Source of the DNA: Anthoceros angustus
Taxonomy: Eukaryota; Plantae; Anthocerotophyta
DNA length: 64,000 nt
Assembly: GCA_010909165.1 (NCBI GenBank)
Contig: MU008160.1
Location: forward strand, 1,674,001-1,738,000
Reading direction: 5' to 3'
Shown: positions 38,042 through 51,800 of the stretch, one piece after another
Layout: every line of letters starts with the position of its first letter
Position numbering within the stretch: position 1 is the stretch's first letter
The notes under the pieces: generated by a model
Seen by the model: the letters and a program-made list of their open reading frames with translations, nothing else
The model's database searches: none
What the model was told of the DNA's origin: nothing
Position numbers and translations under genes: made by a program

Positions 38042-38599
38042 TTAATTAGAATATATATAAAATATATTTATATTTTAGTTTTCTAGTACTATAGTTATAC
38101 TAGATATATATCATTCTTCTATCTGTTGTATTATATAATATTATGATACTTTATACTATCCTTCTAATATAATATAATAATACTACATAATCCTTGTATA
38201 TATATGAAATCATAGGTATGCTACAATGTTTCTCCGAGTCGTATCTTTCCTGACATTTTACCTGGCACTTCCGTCGTTCCTCCAACTCCCTCCCTGAACT
38301 CATGAATTTTAATAGGTGATGGAATTTTGAAGAAATATCTTGATAAGTTGATACAAGACACGACCTTCACCTCGCCAAGGTCTGCGGTGCCGACAGTGCA
38401 GGAATTCGCTGCTACACAGAAATCTCACAAGTACTCGCACAGTTTGAGATTCAAACGAAGGTCACGTTCCTCGCCGATTGCATCGTCGGCATCCCAAATG
38501 AATCAAGCCCTAACAGCGGCGAGTCCAGGCCGAGCAGGGCAGATGCATCTTCAGATTCAGACACTGAGAAAAGAGGACGTCCTGATCGCCGCCAAGATT

Positions 38600-39059
38600 C
38601 TAAGCGTACCCCCGACCAACGCAGTTCAGACACCGCTGAATCCTGCCAAAATAGCCCATTATGTGACACACACACAAGCCACAGCGCTGGCGGCCAAGGT
38701 TGGAAGTTGGAGACTCTTACTTGTTGCCTTCACAGGTAGGACACACGCACGGCTTCATCACCACGGGATCGAACAATGGCGACCACTGGATGGTAGACTT
38801 CCCCTTGCACAGCTGACAAGACGTGAATCCTTTGCCTTTGCACCTCTGGCACGGCGGGGAAGTTCTTTTCTGCGACAACGGAAGGGAAGATTAGGTGACT
38901 GTAAAACGAGCTGGTAATCGGAGGTGCTGGAAGTACCCGTTTAGCTTCTACGAAGGACCGGAAGGCTTGCACTGTGACCGAGGAGACCATAGAGACGGCG
39001 AAAACGCCACCCACCAACACGCCCCCTGCAGTGGCAATCAGCCGCACGGGTCCTCTCAT
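38600..39059 (-). CDS. Small DnaJ-type cysteine-rich zinc-finger (CxxCxGxG) protein with N-terminal hydrophobic segment
   Basis: Three exons: RGPVRLIATAGGVLVGGVFAVS..EAKR | ..CKGKGFTSCQLCKGKSTIQWSPLFDPVVMKPCVCPTCEGN | KIQRCLNCVGRGYA*. The WSPLxDP..PCxCPTC pattern matches a conserved plant family. Confidence 0.88.
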
Positions 39060-39185
39060 GCTTCGTGCTTTGCGGAAATTCCAGGTCCAACTTCTCCCGG
39101 AGTCGAAGCAATTAGATTAGGGTTTTGTCGACATGGAAGTGAAGGGTACTGACAAGGTGTGGTCACAACCCATTGACGAGCAGGA
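39060..39185. promoter_or_regulatory. Candidate bidirectional promoter with telo-box (AAACCCTAAT on the minus strand, about 39116-39125)
   Basis: Only 126 nt separate two divergent start codons, and the interval contains attagggtttt. Confidence 0.5.
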
Positions 39186-41788
39186 ATGGCTCGGATTCGA
39201 AGACCTCGAGATGGTGGAGAAGCACACAGAGAGGGGAAAGTTGTTCCCCAGACTAGGCCTCTGTATATTGCAGCCGCCGTGACCGCTATCGTTCTGGACA
39301 CTCTTCTGATCTGCTTCATAATTGCAAGAGTTCCTTGTATGTATTTCCTTGTATTCCAAGCGCTGTTTAATGTCCTTGTTTTGGCATGGTTGAATTGGCT
39401 GTTGAACAGTGCTTGTTGATTGGTCGTTTGATTTTCAGACACGAAGATAGATTGGGATGCTTACATGTCACAGGTGCACCTTCTTTGATTGTACACCATG
39501 CGTTCCGCTACTTTTCATACTTGTATCCAGTTGGTAATGAGATGCATAATCTTTGCAGTGATTATGTCAGTCCTCATACAAGTCCTTCTTTTCAGGTGGA
39601 GCAATTTCTAGGGGGAGAAAGGAACTACAAGGATATCTCTGGAGACACAGGTCCTCTTGTCTATCCTGCTGGTTTCCTGTATATATACTCTGTGATAAAG
39701 TATCTGACAGGTTCAGCCGTCTTCCCTGCGCAGGTCCTTTCTCTTTCTCTCTGTCGTTCTTGTGTAGTCTCATGTGACGTTTCGAATGCTCAGCAGTAGA
39801 GTACCAGCAAGTCTGCGCTTGACTTTCCATGTCTCCCTCTCTACGAGGGTAGTCAGTAGTCTGATTTCTGACAGGCAAGGTCCTTTCCATGATTGGTGGT
39901 TCATGCCTACATGCTGCTAGCAGATTTTCTTTGGGGCCCTGTACATTGTCAATCTTGGAATTACGCTTCTCATATACATCAAGGCTGCTGTGGTGAGCGA
40001 TGGTTGAGAGACATCCCTTTGCTTTGCATGTGATGTGTGGATGCGGCAAGTACACTCTGATCTGATGGAATATGGTCAAAATACATTGGCAGGCACCGTG
40101 GTGGGTTTTGTTGCTCTTGTGCCTATCGAAACGAGTGCACTCCATATTTGTTCTACGACTGTTCAATGACTGTGTAGCTACAACACTTGCACATGCATCC
40201 ATTGCAATCATGCAGAGGCAACATTGGTATATAGGTCTGCTGGTCTTCAGGTGAGCACACTTGTGACTCTCCAGGATGTTAGTGTACTCTCTAGCTAAGT
40301 TACATTGTGGATTTCATCTTGTGTACGACCGGGAGACATTCATGAACAGTGAGTGCTACAGTCTAGTGCTTCCAGGTGCTTACTGCTCGACATTGTCTGT
40401 TGCGTGAAAAGGGCAGTGCGGCAGTTTCAGTGAAGATGAATGTGTTGCTTTATGCACCACCCCTCCTGCTTCTGCTGCTGAAGGTCAGTGGTTGGGAACC
40501 TCTTGACGTTTAGGGACTGCCACCTAAGGTACTTGTGTTTCTGCTTACCCACAATTTTAAGTTCATGTTTGCAGACCTTGTCACTGAGAGAAGTTGCAAC
40601 CGCACTTTCGTATGCTGCACTGGTTCAGGTACGGATGCACATTGCTGCCAGGATACTATACCGTGCCATCTCTGGATACACCCTCCCTGACGAGCTGGTG
40701 CGTTTGATGCGGAATGCAGGTGATTTTAGGGTTTCCATTCCTTTTGCACGCCCCACTGGCATACTTATCAAGAGCATTCAATCTTGGTCGCGTTTTCATT
40801 CATTTTTGGTAACTATATCCACCCTTTCGCCCCAGAAATCGTCAATCCATTTCTTCTCTAACAAAAAATCTCGGTGCAGGTCTGTGAATCTCAAATTTTT
40901 ACCCGAGCCTCTGTTTGTGTCGAAACCATTGGCTGTTCTACTACTGCTATTGCATCTTGGGTTGTTGTTGCTGTTCGCTCAGGCTAAGTGGTGTCGGTAA
41001 GTTTTGCACGTCTTATCCAACACTGATTTTCAAAGCCCAATCCTGATTCATCCTCTCTGACAGCTCTGTAATTCCTCAGAAATGAAGGTGGCATCCTAGG
41101 TGCAACTGCGCTGTATGTTCCAAGAAAAAGCAACCAATTTGGATGGTTTGATTCTGTGAAGCAAATGTGGAACACCAGAGGGAAAGTCTTGAGTGCAGAT
41201 CGTACGTTAGCATACGCCTTGTCATTCTATATAGTGTGACTGCCCCAGGTACCAGAATGCTGTTTCAATGCTAAGATGTGTGCCTCAATTTTTTGCAGAT
41301 ATAGCAACTGTACTTTTCACAGGAAACTTCATCGGTATAGTCTGTGCGCGTTCTCTTCACTATCAATTCTACTGCTGGTATGCTACCCCTCTCCTCTGGC
41401 CAGCTGTCGTCTATAATCCAGTCCAGTCTCCCCTTACTCCCCGTCTTGCACTCATGAACTTACTTTAATGCCGTCTTGGATCAGGTACTTCTTTAGCTTA
41501 CCGCTGCTGCTGTGGAAGGCACCTTTTCCCACACCTGTGCGGTATGTCATAGAGATTTCAGCACGAGCCAGTGAAGGTTTTACTATATCATCCGTGAGTG
41601 TGAACCAAATGACTGTTGGTTGTCTGTTCAGGCTAGCCTTGCTTGGAGTTGTGGAGCTATGCTGGAATATCTACCCGTCCAGCATTGCATCATCATTAGC
41701 TCTACTGGCAGCTCATATCACCATCTTATGGGGTCTTTGGAAGGCTCCGAGTGAGGCGCCACACGCTGAAAAGGAAGCCGAGTCGTGA
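39186..41788 (+). CDS. ALG3: Dol-P-Man:Man5GlcNAc2-PP-Dol alpha-1,3-mannosyltransferase, multi-exon
   Basis: VP|[99 protein letters not shown]. Confidence 0.96.
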
Positions 41789-42630
41789 TATGGCTACAAG
41801 GAACTTACTTATGCGGGTAGATGCCTCATTGAGTCCAACGCACTAAAACACAACCACGGTTTACCTCGGTTCATTTCTGAGCTACCTATTGCACCTTGTC
41901 CCGAGTTCCTTGCAGTTATGATATGCCTACTTATCCACCTGAACCTTCTACTAGGTCCAGACAAATGTACGTAGTACCTTTTGGTCATTTAATGTTATTC
42001 TAACTCCCTTAATCATCCCATTTGTACTTTGTAATATTGCTTTAAACTTTTTGGCAACGCAGACCGTCAGACCTACAGTGCATCGTGTATTTAGCTATCC
42101 TATTGCGGATGAGCAATTTAACCCCAGAACGTTGGAGCGTTTTGGGCTACTTTCTAGAGGGAAAATCATTGAAAGTTAATTTTGATATTTTTTACTCCAA
42201 TTTTTATGGTTTTAAACCCTAAAGCCCCAGGATCTCCAAGGAGAGAGCTTTCCAACACACTCTCATTTGCCTAAATCCAACTTGAGATGGTTGAGACATG
42301 TCAATATGAACACACAGCGGGGTAAAAAGAGAGCAAGTTTCGTCGGTAGGTTTGTCCAAATGGCAGATGGGGCCACAAGTGCACAAAATGGAGACCATCT
42401 GATAGCTCTACTTACTCTTCAGAATGTTCACATGCTCGGACCACAGCAAGCGGATGAAAAAATTTACAACAAAGGCGATCTAAACACCAGGGATCTTCAC
42501 AGTACATTAAGGAACGTTTGCAACTTGAGTTACATTCTGACCCTCAACGCGTCCTTGCTTATGTAAGGTCTGACTGTCACAAACCTGGACTCCACGCCTG
42601 CTCCTGCACCCCCATTCGCCAACACCTCAT

Positions 42631-42834
42631 TGTTAGATTGACTGTTAACCTAGCATAGTTAGGTGCCAACTTATGTGAAACACCACACACTTACATTTTT
42701 TGTTCATAATGCTTCCTAACCCCGAACGATTCATTCAGTTCTAATTCTGCTTCTGCACTCACTTTCTTTCTCCTAGCTCCGCTGCTCTTCATGTCGCTTG
42801 CATTCAGTTGAAACCTCCGCTCTAAATCATAAGA
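42631..42834 (+). repeat. 5' LTR (TGTTAG...CATAAGA), followed by tRNA-iMet PBS
   Basis: Homologous to 44908-45097 and 54712-54843, and directly followed by TGGTATCAGAGC. Confidence 0.88.
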
Positions 42835-43680
42835 TGGTATCAGAGCTTGGATCTGTCATGCCGTGTGACACTAATCTCTGCACTTTGGGTTTAGTGTTTG
42901 ATTAACATTAATTAATCTAATTACTTATCTCTAAGTAAGTAATTAATATTAATTAATCTGAAGTGTTTATGTTAATTAAACGTTGATTAGTGTTAATTAA
43001 ACATGGTTAGCAATAGCTAAGTGGATAAGCTCAAGTAATATGCTTTGGCATATTCCTTGCATATTATAGTGTATTCTTAGGATATTTCCGACATATGCTG
43101 ATGCCAATAGGATTTCTTAGGAATATGCCGATGCCAAGGGCTAGTATATATAGACCCTTCCATTGTGGACAAGCTCAGATCATAGCTTGTCCTTGTTCTG
43201 AGGAGGCCAAAGCTATGACTCCGAGAGCGATGTGTGAGGAATTTGCGTATCGTTCTCATGGGGAGAGTGTGTTTGTGCCACGATGTGAAGCTACTCCCTC
43301 CTGTTGTTACAAGCTATGATCTCTTTGTGTGTACGCTAGATAGGCGTGCTAGGATAAGCTTGCTAGGCTTAGTGTGCTCGGCGTAGTGTGCTAGGCGATG
43401 CTAGGTGATGCTATATGATGCTAGGCGATGCTAGGCTTAGTGCGCTAAGCGATGCTAGGTGACGCTAGGCGACGCTAGCTCTTTAAGCAAGTAGGCAAAG
43501 GACCCTCTAAAGTATGCCCAAGGCTTGAGGCCAAGGGAGAAGAAGCCCAAGTCCAAGGAGAAGAGGAGAAGAAGCCCAAAGTCCAAGGAGAGGAGGAGAA
43601 GAAGCCCAAAGTCCAAGGAGAGAAAGGGTTTGGCCTTTTAAGGACAGCCAACCAAGAGAGAAACAAGAGTATTTTACTCT

Positions 43681-43877
43681 TGGGCGCCGGATTTCAAGGG
43701 ATAAGCGAGGAGTGGATAGGCATGGGTATGTCATCAATCCATTTGATTTCACTTTACGAGTAGCACCCCACCTCGGTTCGGATGGGGTGCTAGCCAATGA
43801 AGAGTTTTGGACGGTGAAATCAAATGGATTGATGACATACCCATGCCTATCCACTCGCTATCCTTGAACCGCGCCCA
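43681..43877. other. Long inverted repeat/hairpin, perfect 43-bp core (43710-43752 pairs with 43814-43856); second copy at 45922-46075
   Basis: gagtggataggcatgggtatgtcatcaatccatttgatttcac is followed by its exact reverse complement. Inner stem tagcacccc/ggggtgcta; bulged outer extension. Confidence 0.95.
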
Positions 43878-46800
43878 ATGTAACCTTGGAGGGTTGGGTG
43901 CTCGGCCGGTTGCTAGCAGTCGCTGGGGCCGTTGCTAGGGACTGTTGCTATAGCGGCAAGACTCGAGAACTGTTGCTATGGTAGCAACCAAGTCGGAGTT
44001 ATTTTCCGATAAATGGAAAACCTATTTGAGCGAAATCACGAAATACCCGAACGGAAGTAACGCGTCCTATTTCCAGTAGCGGGAAGAGACAAGGAATATT
44101 TGCGGCGAGGCGGGCGCGCCACCTCAAGCTCGAACGTGACTGGACGGAGGTCGGAGGAAACGCGGCCGAATGAGTCACGGCGCGCAGACGACGAGCGCAC
44201 TCAAGAGGGCCGAATCGGTGGAATGGCGGTCGGCGGATCGGCGGTGGCGGAGGCTGGAGAAGGCTAGGCGGGCGGCTCGGGTGTGGCGGCGAGGGCAGGC
44301 GGAGCAGAGGGCAGTGGAGGCAGCTCGAAGGTGCGGCGTGGGCGGGCAATGGGAAGTAAGCAAGCGGGGCGGAATTACACCCCAATGAGAATGTCGGGCG
44401 TGCGGCTCTGGAGAAGGCTAGGCGGGCGGCTCGTGTGGCGACTGCGCCGCAAGAAGCTAAGAAGAGCAGGCAAGTCGGATGGGAAGTCGGCCGAGGAGGG
44501 TGCAGAGGAAAAGGGTGCAGGCGGTCATGGTAGTGGCACGCACCACAGGAGGTCGCGGACAAGGGCAAGACAAAGCGCGAGGTCCTGTCTGCAGTGGTTG
44601 CGGATACACCTCCAAGCCTCTGCAGGTACACCAAGCCTCACACAACCGAGGTAGGGTGGCGGCAGCTGGCAGCGGCGGTGTATTGGCATGAGGATAAGAA
44701 CGGGGTTTCAATTCGGAGGGTCGGGGTCTTGTGGACCACAGCGGATGAAAAATTTACAACAAAGGCGATCTAAACACCGTGGATCTTCACGGTACATTAA
44801 GGAACGCTTTGCAACTTGAGTTTCGACCCTCAACGCGTCCTTGCTTATGTAAGGTCTGTCACAAACCTCGGACTCCACGCTCGCACCCCCATTCGCCAAC
44901 ACCTCATTGTTAGATTGATCGTTAACCTAGCATAGTTAGGTGCCAACTTATGTGAAACACCACACACTTACATTTTTGTTCATAATGCTTAACCCCCGAG
45001 ATTCATTCGTTCTAATTGCCTTCGCACTCACTTTCTTTCTCCTAGCTCATTGCTCTTCATGTCGCTTGCATTGAAACCTCCGCTCTAAATCATAAGATGG
45101 TATCGAGCTTGGATCCGCATGATCGTGTGACACTAATCTCGCACTTTGGGTTTAGTGTTTGATTAACATTAATTAATCTAATTACTTATCTCTAAGTAAG
45201 TAATTAATATTAATTAATCAAGTGTTTATGTTAATTAAACGTTGATTAGTGTTAATTAAACATGGTTAGCAATAGCTAAGTGGATAAGCTCAAGTAATAT
45301 GCTTTGGCATATTCCTTGCATATTATAGTGTATTCTTAGGATATTTCCATATCGATGCCGATAGGATTTCTTAGGAATATGCCGATGCCAAGGGCTAGTA
45401 TATATAGACCCTTCCATTGTGGACAAGCTCGGATCATAGCTTGTCCTGACTCAGGAGGCGATGTGAGGAATTTGCGTGTCGTTCTCATGGGGAGAGTGTG
45501 TTTGTGCGATGTGAAGCTACTCCTCCTGTTTCTTCAAGCTATGATCTCTTTTTGTGTACGCTAGATAGGCGTGCTAGGATAAGCTTGCTAGGCTTAGTGT
45601 GCTCGTGGTGTGCGGCGTGCTAGGTGATGCTATATGATGCTATGCTAGGCTTAGTGCGCTAAGCGATGCTAGGTGACGCTAGGCGGCCTTCTCTTTAAGC
45701 AAGTAGGCAAAGGACCCTCTAAAGTATGCCCAAGGCTTGAGGCCAAGGGAGAAGAAGCCCAAGTCCAAGGAGAAGAGGAGAAGAAGCCCAAAGTCCAAGG
45801 AGAGGAGGAGAAGAAGCCCAAAGTCCAAGGAGAGAAAGGGTTTGGCCTTTTAAGGACAGCCAACCAAGAGAGAAACAAGAGTATTTTACTCTTGGGCGCC
45901 GGATTTCAAGGGATAAGCGAGGAGTGGATAGGCATGGGTATGTCATCAATCCATTTGATTTCACTTTAAGCACCCCAAGAGCAGAGCACCTCGGTTCTGG
46001 ATGGGGTGCTAGCCAATGAAGAGTTTTGGACGGTGAAATCAAATGGATTGATGACATACCCATGCCTATCCACTCGCTCGCTATCCTGAACCGGCCCAAT
46101 GTAACCTTGGAGGGTTGGGTGCTCGGCCGGTTGCTAGCAGTCGCTGGGGCCGTTGCTAGGGACTGTTGCTATGACAACCTCAGAACTGTTGCTATGGTAG
46201 CAACCAAGTCGGAGTTATTTTCCGATAAATCTGAAAACCTATTTGGGCGAAATCACGAAATACCCGAACGGAAGTAACGCGTCCTATTTCCAGTGAAGAG
46301 ACAAGGAATATTTACGAGGAATCAAGGCGCCACACCTCAAGCTCGGGCGTGGCCGTGGGCGGAGGCTGGAGAAAGCGGCCGGCGTCGCGGAGTCGCGGCC
46401 CGGCGTGGCACTCGAGAAGAGAATCGGGTGGAATGGCGGTCAGGCGGATCTGGCGGTGGGAGGCAGGCGGTGTCGGGCAGCGGCACCCGGCAGGCGGCGG
46501 GCGAAGTGCAGTGGGCAGCTCGAAGGTGCGGCGTGGGCGGGCAATGGGAAGTAAGCAAGCGGGGCGCCGCGTGGCGGGGAGTAATGTCGGGCGTAGCTCC
46601 ACAGAGAAGGCTAGGGCGGCTCGGGTGTGGCGTGCCGCAAGAAGCTAAGAAGAGCGAGCAAGTCGGATAGGCCAGTGAAGGCCGTAGGAACCAGGAAAAG
46701 GGAAGTGCAGGCGGTCATAAGCGGTGGCACGCACTCGGGAGGTCGCGGACAAGGGAGCCAGCCGGTCCTGTCTACCGTGGTTGCGGATACATCCAAGCCT

Positions 46801-47134
46801 CTGCAGGTACACCAAGCCTCACACGCAGGTAGGGGCTGGCCGAGGCGGGCGGTGTATTGGCGGTCGGAGGATAGGGGGTTTCAATTCCGGAGGGGTCGGG
46901 GTCTTTGAAGTCGGGACCGAAAATGGAAGGATAGGCATGGGTTGAATCAATTGAGAGTCGAGGATTGTCAGCGCTTTCCAAATCTGAGTGGTCAGGCGGG
47001 ACACCCCGCCATCGTGAAGTTGGAAGCCGAGCGGTGTTTCCAGGGGATCCTCGGTCAAACAGCGAGCTAAGCGGAAATTTGGATGGGAAGTCGGCCGAGG
47101 AGGTTGATACGAGCAGTGGACAGGGAATCTTGAG

Positions 47135-48744
47135 GTGGGAAGTGCGGTGGTGCATCACGATGGCGGGACTCCTTACTGTGAAACTGAGCCACGCCACAGT
47201 CGAAGCATGGCCCCTAAGAAGACCACTCCGGTGGCCATTGAGGCCATTACCAGCATCAATGGCCCAACATGGGGCAATCGGAGAGTGAAGGCGGGGTCTT
47301 TGGTGGCTAAGCATCACTTGTCCTTCATGGACAAAAAGTGGTGCTACAATAGCCTGCGTTGGTTTGGGAGTGTCAGGGGCACATGAGGAGAAGGCCACGG
47401 GGAAGGCAACACGAGAACCAACCCCGCACTGGAATATTCATTGTTCCAGTCTATGAGAGGCTGAAGAGGAATGTGGTGGAATAATCATTGATCCTTTCGT
47501 GAAGCCATCTCCCAAAAGTCAGGAGGCACAAGTCGCCATTGCTCCCACATTGTCTAGGGTGGAGAATGGTGGGTCACCAACAAGTTAGACCACTGGCGGA
47601 TTAGCCAAGTGGATCCTGCTCTCACTCACTAAGAAGCTAGAGCACATTGTCGACCATTTTCTTGTCTTTCTCTATGAGGTGGTGAGAGGGTCCAAGATAG
47701 ATTGGGCTAGGATGTTCTATGACACAGCAGGGAGAGGGACCACTTGACCCTACCATCACCCTCCCTATCTCCCTTCTTAATCCACGTTTTTGACCATGCC
47801 AAGTTCTTTGGAGGATAGAGATGGTCTCGACCTTCCATGCCCGGAGGCCGGTGTTTGAAAGAAGGAAGCCCAAAGAGGAGTCGAGGAAGAGGCCATCTCC
47901 GGTGCTGGGGAGTGAAGATGAGAAGTCAAGTGTCCATGAAGAGGAATGTGGCGTTGCTAAGGTGTCGGCCGGTTGCTAACAAAGCAACTGGAGTTGCTAA
48001 GACTCCAGGCACCAAGAGAGGTCGGTGAGCAGGGGACTCCAACCACTCCTAGAGCCACAAGAGCACGACCGGGAACTCACCCGGATGTAAGGTGACAAAG
48101 GAAAGGCCGAGCAGCACGGTTGCGAGCGTGGCGGAAGCCAGTCAACAGGAGGAATCGCCCAACCTTGGGCACGGCCGAGCCGACCCGAGAAAGTCACTAC
48201 TGCTCAAGGGGTGACCTCAAGTATACCCGGAAGTGGTCGCAGGGAGAGCCGCGCCAGATAGGAAGGAGGGAACCCATCCCAGTGGGGTTTGGGGCCTAAC
48301 ATCACCCTACAGGGTCTCGGCTATGGCACGCACTAGGTGAGATGGAGGACCGATAGCTCGGTCCTCTCTTTGTTAGGTTCTGGTAGCGGCAGGGGAACAA
48401 CAGGGAGGCGGTAAAGGAGCTCCAGAATGAAGCAGGAGAAGGAGGTCTTGGAGGGGCGCCTAGGTAGCATGGAAGCGGAATTAAGGAAGATCCGAGAAGA
48501 GTTGCGGAAGTCCAAGGATCAGGAAACCCTCATGGTTCAGCTCTCGGACGCACAAAGCACCATAGGGGAGCTGCAGAATGTCATCTCAGATGCAAGTTCA
48601 GGCCGAAACCGCGGATGCCCTGGGCGCTACAAGAAGGAGAGGGACGAGGCAAGGAAAGGTTGGAAAGAGGCCAAGAGGGCCAGGATTGCAAGGAGAGCCA
48701 CCGTGGAAGATGCGGAGCCTCCATGGAAGAATCATTCGAGTTAG
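47135..48744 (+). pseudogene. Fragmented non-Copia ORF (plant transposon accessory-ORF-like segment plus coiled coil)
   Basis: Stop-broken reading includes LVFLYEVVRGSKIDWARMFYD (about 47660-47725) and a heptad-rich KQEKEVLEGRLGSMEAELRKIREEL (48427-48744). Family assignment is tentative. Confidence 0.35.
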
Positions 48745-48884
48745 CAGCGGAGGAGGTTGCTAAGCAAGCAAGCCGCTAAGGAAGCAACAACTCCACTGCT
48801 AAGGGAGCAACAGCTCCAAGACCGAGCTACAACAAGGAAGAAGGGGCAACAAGACCGGAGGAGGACAAAGCAGGCCGGGAGGCG

Positions 48885-51800
48885 GGTAAGCACCGCCTAA
48901 GAAGTCTAACTTCCCAATGGTGCATTAGATTGAGGATGCTTATCAAGATAACCATGTGCTGGATTCTCCTTGGCTGAGAGAAGATTGTCTCCGAAAGTTT
49001 ATGTTGTTGTGGGCACAGGGGGGACATGGAGGTACTTGATCCATGCCTTGACGGGCACTGGATCCTACCTATGGGTTGGATTCTTAAGGAGGAAACTCTC
49101 AGCCGACCCATCCAGGATTCAAGAGCTCACCGAGGAGGAGTACCAGACTATGCGGCGAGCACAAGAGAGAGAGGAGTCCAGCTCTGAGGAGGTAGAGATT
49201 TTATGGGAGAGATTGCCCAACCAGCCAAGAGGGAGGAGAGCAAGAGGAGAACATGGGGCTAGGCGGCCTAGGAGGCCCAGGAGAGGTAATAGGGGTAAGT
49301 GGCCCTGAAATAGCTAAAGGCCCATGTGTTATAGACTGTAAATCTTATCCTCTCTCATAGTGGACAGAATTGATAGATAGGCCTCTAGGATTGGTAGGCT
49401 AAGACCGATTGGTATTTTTGGCAAGCCAAGCCGCTTTGTGGGTCGATCTTGGGTATAAGAGGCACTTGATGAAATGTAAGCAATGTTGGCCTAAGTCTCG
49501 GTGTTTGGGGTGAGCACGGGGTTTGGGAGGGTTCCAGATCCAGTCTTTGTAAGCCTAAACCGTTCCTCAGAGGAAGACTACTGTTGCCCAGATCCGTGTG
49601 GCCGATCCGCAAGAGTGGTGGAAAGCAAGGAGGGAGCCTTGTGATCTCCTTGGAGGAGTCCTCAAGGTCAAGAGGAAGGGGTCGGGAAGCCGGGAGGCTG
49701 TCCCTCCTTTACTCATTCTCTGCGGTTTGTCTAGTACTCACCTTGTGTTTAAGTTTTTCAGTGTCAAGGTCGCAGGAGAGAAGACAAGGCGGGAGCCGTG
49801 TGTGTGAAGGAGGAAGTCAAGTGAGTGAGTGTGGGCTTGTGGGTTTGGAAAATGAGAGGAAAAGTGAGCCGTAAGAGAAGTGGAGAATCTTTGGGCATGG
49901 AGAGTTGCTGATTGGCTGTTTGAGAGGAGTAAGAAGGGCTGGAAGTCTGTAAGAGATGGTTGTGTTCTTGAAGAGAGAGAGAGAGAGGAGTCGAGGAGGT
50001 TGAAGATCCGTGAGTGGATGAGACGGAATGATTGCGAGAGAGATGAACAAGCATTTTGAGAGTTGGTGAAGTCTGTAAGGGCCTGGATGAGAACCTTGTA
50101 AGGACTGGAAGTGTTGTGAGTGGAAGTGGAGGTCGAATGGGGGAGTGAGAACAAGGAGGTTGAGAGAGTTCTGGGAACTTGGAGGTGTGATGAAAACACA
50201 AGGTGTTGGTATGGGTTGGAAGGTGAGCTGAAAGGCTGGAGAGGGGCAAGGAAGTCAAGTGAGTCAGGTTGGGCTTGTGGGTTTGGAAAATGAGAGGAAA
50301 AAGTGAGCCGTAAGAGAAGTGGAGAATGCTGGGCATGGAGAGTTGCTGATTGACTGTTTGAGAGGAGTAAGAAGGGCTGGAGAAGTCTGTAAGAGATGGT
50401 TGTGTTGCTGAAAGAGAGAGCTGTGAGTGGGGGTTGAAGATCCCGTGAGTGAGTAAGACGGAATGATTGCGAGAGAGAGATGAACAAGCATTTTGAGAGT
50501 TGGGAAAGTGCTGTAAGGGCCTGGATGAGAATCTCGTAAGGACTGGGAAGTGTTGTGAGCTGTGGAAGTGGAGGTCGAATGGGGCAGTAAGGAGTGAGAA
50601 CAAGGAGGGTTGAGGGGAGTTGCTGGGGAACTTGGAGAGTGTGATGAAAACCTGAAGGTGTTGGTATGGGGTTCGGAAGGTGAGCTGAAAGGCCAGAGAG
50701 GGGGCAAGGAAGTCTGAAGAAGTGCTGCAAGAGTGAGAGGTGGAGGGGAGTTATGAGAGCGGTAAGCACCGCCTAAGAAGTCTAACTTCCCAATGGTGCA
50801 TTAGATTGAGGGATGCTTATCAAGATAACCATGTGCCCGGATTCTCCTTGGCCGGAGAGAAGATTGTCTCCGAAAGTTTATGTTGTTGTGGGCATGGGGG
50901 ACATGGAGGTACTTGATCCATGCCTTGACGGCACCGGATCCTACCTATGGGTTGGATTCTTAAGGAGGAAACTCTCACCGACCCATCCAGATTCAAGAGC
51001 TCACCGAGGAGGAGTACTGCATCATGCGGCGAGCACAAGAGAGAGAGTCCAGCCGAGGAGGTAGAGATTTTATGGGAGAGATTGCCCAACCAGCCAAGAG
51101 GGAGGAGAGCAAGAGGAGAACATGGGGGCGCCTAGGAGGCCTGTGAGAGGTAATAGGGGTAAGTGGCCTGAAATAGCTAAAGGCCCATGTGTTATAGATC
51201 AGAATCTTATCCTCTCTCATAGTGGATGTAATTGATAGATAGGCCTCTAGGATTGGTAGGCTAAGACCGATTTTTGGCAAGCCAAGCCGCTTTGTGGGTC
51301 GATCTATAAGAGGCACCTTGATGAAATGTAAGCAATGCAAAGTCCTGGCCAATGAGCACGGGGTTTGGGAGGGTTCCAGATCCAAAGGTCGAAGCCTAGG
51401 CACCGCTCCTCCCCAAGAAGACTACTGTTGCCCAGATCCGTGTGGCCGATCCGCAAGAGTGGTGGAAAGCAAGGAAGGGAGCCTTGTGATCTCCTTGGAG
51501 GGAGTCCTCAAGGTCAAGAGGAAGGGGTCGGAAGCGGGAGGCCGTCCCTCCTTTACTCATTCTCTGCAGCTTGTCTAGTACTCACCTTGTGTTTAAGTTT
51601 TCTGAGTGTCAAGGTCGCAGGAGGAAGAAGACAAGGCGGGAGCCGTGTGTGGAGGAAGTCAAGTGAGTCGGGCTTGGGCTTGTGGGTTTGGAAAATGAGA
51701 GGAAATGAGAGGAGAGAAGTGGAGAATGGAGAGTTGCTGATTGCTTGAGAGGAGTAAGGGCTGGAAGTCTGTAAGAGATGGTTGTGTTCTTGAAGAAGAG

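Larger units (their letters stand above)
42438..46905. repeat. About 2.3-kb tandem duplication (42438-44732 / 44733-46905) including flank, LTR, PBS and internal DNA
   Basis: ggaccacagc..gcggatgaaaa restarts at 44733. The copies are colinear and differ mainly by small indels. Confidence 0.9.

Noticed and set aside
24518-41788. PIGN and ALG3 (both ER glycosylation) plus SYP81 as a functional cluster
   Set aside because: They are separated by unrelated genes and housekeeping genes are dense here. No evidence beyond chance proximity.
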